IMG/VR virus record: IMGVR_UViG_3300030329_003932 | Location: 1-37,908 of that record | From: a virus | Lineage: Duplodnaviria; Caudoviricetes | Strand: one strand, 5' to 3' | DNA length: 37,908 nucleotides | In this document: in pieces, positions 36,001 to 37,908 of the stretch | Layout: every line of letters begins with the position of its first letter | Numbering within the stretch: position 1 is the first letter of the stretch | The notes under the pieces: model-generated | What the model was told of the DNA's origin: nothing | Databases searched by the model: none | What the model saw: only the letters and a program-made list of their open reading frames with translations | Translations under genes and position numbers: made by a program

Positions 36001-37908
36001 TTATTCAAAAACTAATGTTACTAAAAATTGGTCAACTGCTGTGCTGTTTGGGTCAATGCTAAGTCTAATAGCATTTCCTTTAGATATTGATAACCCACAA
36101 GCAATATTTGTTGAACCAGCTGTTGTTAAATTCTTTGTATATGTTGTAGTGGTAGTTGCTGTGTCATTAACATATACTGCATAATTTGTTGCTACCTCTA
36201 CCTTGAATTGACATCCACTACAAGCAGTTTCAGCAGTTACATATAAAGACCTTAATGTAGTATTAAATGGAGCAATCCAAGTCATTTGTTGGTCTAGGTC
36301 AGAACCCGTAGATACAGTAGCATTAGCAGCCCCATCAGGTCTAAGTGGCATATTCTTTTCTGTACTAGCTCCTTTCCAATCAGCAGAAGCATGAATCATA
36401 AATGGAAATGCACCTTCTACTGATAAGTCTTCTGATATTGTTACATCACCATTTTTAATTTTAACATCTTGGTCGGCAGTTATTTGTATAACAGGAACAG
36501 ATTCCCAAGTAGAACCACCAGTAGCAGTAGACCTTTTAATTGTAAAGTCACCACCATTATTATCGTTCTGTCTTAATCTCCAGTTATAATTAGAGTTTGT
36601 ACCTTGAAAAACAACATAGGGAGAGCCATTTACTGATTTGTCTCCCAAAAGAATACCATTGCCTGAACCAGATGTTTTAATTTCTCCAGTAAATGTAGAA
36701 TTTTGGGATGAGTCAATCTCTAAAGCATAAGAACTTGCACCGCTATAATTAGTAGCGAATTGCATTTTATCAACTTCGTGGTTATAATATATTTGACCAG
36801 AAAATCTGCCATTACCACTAGTAGAGTCGGCAAAGAAAAGTCCAGAGTGGTTAGTGCCACCTGCATATATTGTTAAGTTTTCCTCACTAGAACCAGCTCC
36901 AACAACTAACTTTGAATTCCAAAAACTGTCGGCTGAACTGTTTCCAATTCCAGTTATACCATCTATTTGAACCCCACCATCTACTGAAAGGTCTCCATCC
37001 ACTGTGACATCGTCAAATAAATTTTTACCCGATGGGGCATAAATTGCATAATTCCCACCAGTTACAGTAGCAGCTGTCTCTCCAGTAATATATAAAGTAG
37101 CGGCATTCGTTGCTGTTGCAGAACCAGAAGTTATGTCTGGTGCGGATATTTTTACACCTGACATCATTGTATGAGTTCCACTACTTGCTTCAACTATTGT
37201 ATGCTTAAAATGAGTACCAGAAGCGTGGACTGCATCGTGTGCGGTAACAGTAGTATTAAACAATGCTCCCGATTGCTCACCACCACCATACCAAGTATTT
37301 ATAAATCCCCCAACATGAAAAAAGCAATTAGTAGATTGACCAGTTTGAGTACCAAATGCAACTCTTCCCTGAGAACCTCCTCCACCATATGATTCTATAT
37401 GAAGTATATGAGTATTATGGTCAGATTCTACCCTAAAATCATTATCTCCACCACCTTCATTTACAATAAGTCCACCAGTCATTGTTACATCGCCATTAAA
37501 CTCAACATCGTCATCTTTAATACGCATTGCGATGTCACCACCAGTATAGACATCTATCATATCATTAGCATTGTAATGCAAATAAGTATCACCACCAGTG
37601 CCATCAAATCGTAAATAAGAATCTGTTGATGCGTTTCCTGCTAAACTAAGAGTAGTTCCAGATAAATAAACATTACCTTTTGGGTATAGAGCTTTATCGC
37701 TTCCACTCCATTCAACTACACTTGCCCAAGAACCACTTTCTCTAGACTGAATATCAAACATACCATCTGTCTCAGCAGATAGTCTCCAATTATCAGCATT
37801 ATTATCATTATTATCAGCTTGTATGTAAACATAGGCTGCTGTGTCATTAGCCGCTGTAACTACTAATGCACCTGAGGTAATATTTACTTGATTATAAAAT
37901 TGTGAAAG
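36001..37908 (-). CDS. Long tail fibre / receptor-binding protein, C-terminal part (open at window end)
   Basis: The frame of ORF 36001-37761 stays open to 37908 (LSQFYNQVNITSG...DNWRLSAETDGMFDIQ). G/S/T-rich; SQNSTFTG resembles the SQNATFGG motif of the 1-953 ORF. Confidence 0.8.
   Translation of the reverse strand, partial: LSQFYNQVNITSGALVVTAANDTAAYVYIQADNNDNNADNWRLSAETDGMFDIQSRESGSWASVVEWSGSDKALYPKGNVYLSGTTLSLAGNASTDSYLRFDGTGGDTYLHYNANDMIDVYTGGDIAMRIKDDDVEFNGDVTMTGGLIVNEGGGDNDFRVESDHNTHILHIESYGGGGSQGRVAFGTQTGQSTNCFFHVGGFINTWYGGGEQSGALFNTTVTAHDAVHASGTHFKHTIVEASSGTHTMMSGVKISAPDITSGSATATNAATLYITGETAATVTGGNYAIYAPSGKNLFDDVTVDGDLSVDGGVQIDGITGIGNSSADSFWNSKLVVGAGSSEENLTIYAGGTNHSGLFFADSTSGNGRFSGQIYYNHEVDKMQFATNYSGASSYALEIDSSQNSTFTGEIKTSGSGNGILLGDKSVNGSPYVVFQGTNSNYNWRLRQNDNNGGDFTIKRSTATGGSTWESVPVIQITADQDVKIKNGDVTISEDLSVEGAFPFMIHASADWKGASTEKNMPLRPDGAANATVSTGSDLDQQMTWIAPFNTTLRSLYVTAETACSGCQFKVEVATNYAVYVNDTATTTTTYTKNLTTAGSTNIACGLSISKGNAIRLSIDPNSTAVDQFLVTLVFE

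Overview
This window is a nearly complete, circularly permuted genome of a temperate, podovirus-like tailed phage. The host cannot be determined from the sequence. The window is broken inside a long modular tail-fibre gene, which is open at both ends. The minus strand carries the late genes (TerS, TerL, portal, scaffold, major capsid, adaptor/nozzle, ejection proteins, a 2283-aa polyvalent protein, tail fibres, lysis cassette) and an early replication/recombination operon. An Xis/Cro-like gene diverges from an XRE repressor whose C-terminus looks PAS-like and lacks a recognisable S24 peptidase motif. attP (3' part of tRNA-Ser(GGA) flanked by perfect 24-bp arm repeats) lies about 7 kb from the integrase. 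The most unusual element is a plus-strand operon at 23249-26728: PAPS-reductase-family gene, hypothetical, hammerhead ribozyme, hypothetical coupled to an IntDOT-like integrase, RHH-like gene. Four of its genes share the ribosome-binding element (A)AAGGACAGCAA. The exact antisense of that element sits in the 22-nt loop of the lysis-operon terminator, which suggests a trans-acting antisense RNA linking late transcription to silencing of the integration operon. Functional calls come from motif recognition by eye; no searches were run.
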